DNA from: an uncultured Verrucomicrobiota bacterium
Lineage (GTDB): Bacteria; Verrucomicrobiota; Verrucomicrobiia; Limisphaerales; UBA1100
Direction of reading: 5' to 3'
Length of the DNA: 64,000 nucleotides
NCBI GenBank assembly: GCA_902551155.1
Contig: CACDBG010000003.1
Coordinates: 12,887 to 76,886, forward strand
In this document: piece by piece, positions 61,553 to 64,000 of the stretch
Position numbering within the stretch: position 1 is the first letter of the stretch
Layout: each line of letters starts with the position of its first letter
Translations under genes and position numbers: made by a program
The notes under the pieces: generated by a model
Databases searched by the model: none
The model's input: the letters and a program-made list of their open reading frames with translations, nothing else
What the model was told of the DNA's origin: nothing

Positions 61553-62448
61553 GCACGGGCTTTCGTCAGGTTTCTGTTACAGTAGCTCCGGAAGCTGATG
61601 AGGCGGTTGGGTTATTGCTCGAGCGTGTATTTAAAAGCCCTTATACTGTATTTACTCATCCTGAAAACCTTACAGCGACAGCTTCAGTATTTCTACCGGA
61701 ATCTCAAAGAATTACTCAACAAGACCGTGGTTTAATTGCAGAAGGTTTAAAATATATCTCCAAATGTGGATTAAACGTAGGATCATGTAAGGTTGAGATA
61801 AAGCGGTTGAAGCGGGAGGATTGGGCTAATTCATGGAAAAGGCATTTCAAGCCAATTGAGATATCGGATAGGCTGCTGGTTCGGCCAAGCTGGGAGAGCG
61901 TCAGCCTAAAGCCTGGTCAAAAGGCAGTGGTTATAAATCCGGGTTTAAGCTTTGGTACCGGACAGCATGAGACAACAAAGTATTGTCTCCGGAAAATAGT
62001 GAGTATGAGGCGGTGCCGTACGGAGCAGAGCTTGCTGGATGTAGGGTCGGGTTCAGGGATTTTATCTATTGCTGCAGCTAAGCTGGGCTATAATCCTGTT
62101 TTTGGGTTGGACCATGACTTAGAAGCAGTTCGTATCGCAAAAGTTAACGCCAAACAAAACCGGGTTGATAAAAAATTAATGTTTAGGTCGGGTGAGTTAG
62201 CTAATTTGAGTATGATTTCACAAGGGAAATACGATATTGTCTGTGCAAACTTACTTTTTGACCTACTAAAAGATTATGCATTAATCCTTATTTCCCAATT
62301 AAAACCCAATGGGGTTTTAATTCTAGCAGGAGTTCTGCAAAGTCAGTTTATGGATTTGCAAAAGGTGTATGAAAAGGAGGGGTTAAAATTAACTCATACC
62401 GGACGCCAAGCTGAGTGGCAATCCGGATGCTTTATTTTCGGGAGTTGA
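61549..62448 (+). CDS. prmA: ribosomal protein L11 methyltransferase
   Basis: INPGLSFGTGQHETT and the SAM motif LLDVGSGSGILSIAAAKLG. GTG start overlapping the rph stop (GTGA). Confidence 0.9.
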   Translation: MSTGFRQVSVTVAPEADEAVGLLLERVFKSPYTVFTHPENLTATASVFLPESQRITQQDRGLIAEGLKYISKCGLNVGSCKVEIKRLKREDWANSWKRHFKPIEISDRLLVRPSWESVSLKPGQKAVVINPGLSFGTGQHETTKYCLRKIVSMRRCRTEQSLLDVGSGSGILSIAAAKLGYNPVFGLDHDLEAVRIAKVNAKQNRVDKKLMFRSGELANLSMISQGKYDIVCANLLFDLLKDYALILISQLKPNGVLILAGVLQSQFMDLQKVYEKEGLKLTHTGRQAEWQSGCFIFGS

Positions 62449-62469
62449 AACGATCTGTCCCCGCAAAAG

Positions 62470-62703
62470 CTACTTCATGAGAAGCATTTGTCGGGCCCGT
62501 TTGATGGCGCGCGTTAGGCGGCGTTGGTGCTGCGCAGGAAAACCAGTATATTTCCGGGGCAGGATTCTGCCTTCATCTGTAACGTATCTGCTCAAAAGCT
62601 CCACATTTTTGGGTTCCAAGTCCGCTATGTTCACATCCATTTCCGGTTTTGGTCTGGGGGTTCGGTGTGCGGTAGTGGTTGTTTGTTTCTTTTTTGGAGG
62701 CAT
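62470..62703 (-). CDS. rpsR: 30S ribosomal protein S18 (no cysteines)
   Basis: [41 protein letters not shown] is the S18 core. Basic N-terminal tail. Confidence 0.93.
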   Translation of the reverse strand: MPPKKKQTTTTAHRTPRPKPEMDVNIADLEPKNVELLSRYVTDEGRILPRKYTGFPAQHQRRLTRAIKRARQMLLMK

Positions 62704-62708
62704 AATCC

Positions 62709-62876
62709 TTATTTAATTTCTTTATGAAGTGTGTGTCGGCGAAGGTGTGGGTTATATTTCTTTTTTTCTACCCGTTCGGTTTGAAGTTTCTTATTGCGTG
62801 TGCTCATGTAGCGTGAAACGGGTTTTCCCTCTGCTTTCGCTTCAGTGCATTCAAGTATGACAATTTCTCGTGGCAT
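62709..62876 (-). CDS. rpmG: 50S ribosomal protein L33 (C-minus form); below the ORF-track length cut-off
   Basis: Hand translation of the minus strand gives [55 protein letters not shown] (55 aa). This is collinear with L33 (..vtLeCteC.....Y.t.kNkr..perlelkKYcp.c.khtlHkE.K). Both CxxC pairs are lost. The stop lies 5 nt before the rpsR start. Confidence 0.88.
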   Translation of the reverse strand: MPREIVILECTEAKAEGKPVSRYMSTRNKKLQTERVEKKKYNPHLRRHTLHKEIK

Positions 62877-62887
62877 AGTCTTTTATA

Positions 62888-63562
62888 TTATTTAGAAGTT
62901 TTGCTCTCACTATCGGCTGATTCCGAGACGACCGTTTTACTTGATCCTGCTCCGTCAATTGTGCCGAGGTTTCCTAGTTTATTTCGCTGGCGCACGGCGC
63001 CATCTTTTTCTAGGCGAGCCTGCGCGTCAACTGTGTACCTAGCCCACGGGACGGCCATCAGTCGTGTTTTTGGGATATTCTTACCTGTTAGTTCACATAC
63101 CCCGTAAGCGTTCTTTTCTATCCGTTTAAGCGCTTCGTCAATTTCGTAAACTGCATCCTGATCCGATGATAGAAGACTCAATGCATTGTCACGATCAAAA
63201 TTATCTGTACCTGAATCTGCCATGTGCAATGAGTACCCCTCCATTTCTTCAGCGGATTCTTTTTTCAAATCGTCCATCTGATGAGTGAGCCGGTCCCGTA
63301 AATCTAAGAGAATTTCGTAGTACTTTTTCCATTCGGATTTAATTCTTATTTTGGCGGCTGGAGATTTGACTTTCAGTGTCTTTTTAGATGCGGCCTTGCT
63401 AGTTGATCCGATGCCCAAAATTGAAGCAGCAGAGGCGGGGGCTACTGTTTTCCCTTTTTTTGCCGCTTTCTTTTTGGTTGCAGATTTGCCTGCAACCTTC
63501 TTTTTCGCCGCGGATTTTTTAGGGGCGGGTTTTCTCTTTGCCGTTTTTTTGTTTTCTGCCAC
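62888..63562 (-). CDS. DksA/TraR-family protein with a Lys/Ala-rich histone-H1-like N-terminal tail and a degenerate zinc finger
   Basis: The C-terminal half, DSGTDNFDRDNALSLL...DEALKRIEKNAYGVCELTGKNIPKTRLMAVPWARYTVDAQ, aligns with the DksA coiled-coil tip and finger (E. coli [29 protein letters not shown]). The first ~75 aa are K/A/P-rich (KKSAAKKKVAGKSATKKKAAKKGK). GTG start. Confidence 0.8.
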   Translation of the reverse strand: MAENKKTAKRKPAPKKSAAKKKVAGKSATKKKAAKKGKTVAPASAASILGIGSTSKAASKKTLKVKSPAAKIRIKSEWKKYYEILLDLRDRLTHQMDDLKKESAEEMEGYSLHMADSGTDNFDRDNALSLLSSDQDAVYEIDEALKRIEKNAYGVCELTGKNIPKTRLMAVPWARYTVDAQARLEKDGAVRQRNKLGNLGTIDGAGSSKTVVSESADSESKTSK

Positions 63563-63687
63563 GACTATTGATTATCCGTAAAATAAATTGATGCGGTTTT
63601 CGCCGCAAAAGGCTTGGGAATTTAGCAAAAGTCTACGAGATTGCTACCAAAAAGTGATTTATTTTTATTTCTTAAATTATGGGGTTT

Positions 63688-64000
63688 TTAGGCTTTTTCA
63701 ACAGATGCGTATGCGTTGTGGTTATGAATGCTTTCAAAATTTTCCGCCTCGATCTTATACCAAGATATGTGTGATATTTTATTCAAACGTGTAGCAATAT
63801 TCCTGACAAGATCTTCAACAAAAACCGGGTTTTCGTATGCACGCTCCGTAACCGCTTTTTCATCCTGTCGCTTAAGTAGGGAATACATCTCACTGCTGGC
63901 AGATGCTTCAGTTATATCAATTACGTCCTCAATCCAAATTGTTTTTTCAGAACGTATTCGGACAGTAACTTCACCACGTTGATTGTGCGCTCCATATGCG
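63688..64000 (-). CDS. folE2: GTP cyclohydrolase I type 2 (FolE2 / GCYH-IB), C-terminal part; gene runs off the right edge
   Basis: The frame is open from the window edge: [16 protein letters not shown]...[34 protein letters not shown]...[18 protein letters not shown]. This matches the conserved C-terminus of GCYH-IB. Confidence 0.88.
   Translation of the reverse strand, partial: AYGAHNQRGEVTVRIRSEKTIWIEDVIDITEASASSEMYSLLKRQDEKAVTERAYENPVFVEDLVRNIATRLNKISHISWYKIEAENFESIHNHNAYASVEKA

Noticed and set aside
63563-63687. Zur box upstream of the DksA-like/L33/S18 genes
   Set aside because: No match to the proteobacterial (GAAATGTTATAWTATAACATTTC-like) or Firmicute (AAATCGTAATNATTACGATTT-like) consensus. 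Only weak repeats are present, so no operator is claimed.
1-64000. Search for CRISPR arrays, tRNA/rRNA genes, transposases, integrases, prophage or toxin-antitoxin modules
   Set aside because: No spaced direct-repeat arrays were visible. No non-coding gap is large enough for an rRNA, and I saw none with tRNA-like cloverleaf features. None of the translated ORFs shows recombinase, transposase or phage signatures. The window looks like core chromosome.

Overview
Dense, almost gap-free chromosomal segment. I call 61 protein-coding genes (two of them open at the window edges). I found no rRNA or tRNA gene, CRISPR array, transposase or integrase. The largest non-coding gap is about 250 nt.

The gene content points to a PVC-superphylum, Verrucomicrobiota-like genome; this is inference only. 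The supporting genes are a PVC-type heme-binding CxxCH/HEAT/propeller protein, LL-diaminopimelate aminotransferase (DapL), a sulfatase next to a formylglycine-generating enzyme, several secreted PQQ-like beta-propellers, and mcsA-mcsB-clpC.

Most of the window is housekeeping:
- Metabolism: acs, ilvE, bioF/bioA, dapL, alr, thiL, aroE, xylB.
- Translation and RNA processing: hisS, pheST, rpmI-rplT, rpmG-rpsR, miaB, rsmI, tsaBE, rph, prmA, hpf.
- Envelope: Lol-like and Mla-like ABC systems.

The points most worth following up:
1. A co-oriented cluster of zinc-independent-type paralogs at the right edge: FolE2, a Cys-poor DksA with a histone-H1-like tail, C-minus L33 (absent from the ORF track) and Cys-free S18.
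2. A three-codon M-H-F mini-ORF abutting a strong intrinsic terminator between rplT and pheS, a possible Phe-sensing attenuator.
3. An exact sigma-54 core promoter in front of clpC, downstream of a CtsR-less mcsA-mcsB pair.
4. A sulfatase homolog whose CxPxR formylglycine motif reads G-N-A-S-R, lying directly against an FGE gene.
5. An Nramp homolog with all canonical metal-site residues replaced.
6. A secreted cluster of a PQQ-like propeller, a CxxCH plus PHM/DBH-like copper monooxygenase, and a propeller-esterase fusion.

No single self-contained novel system (for example a defence island) is evident. The findings are candidate leads, not demonstrated functions.
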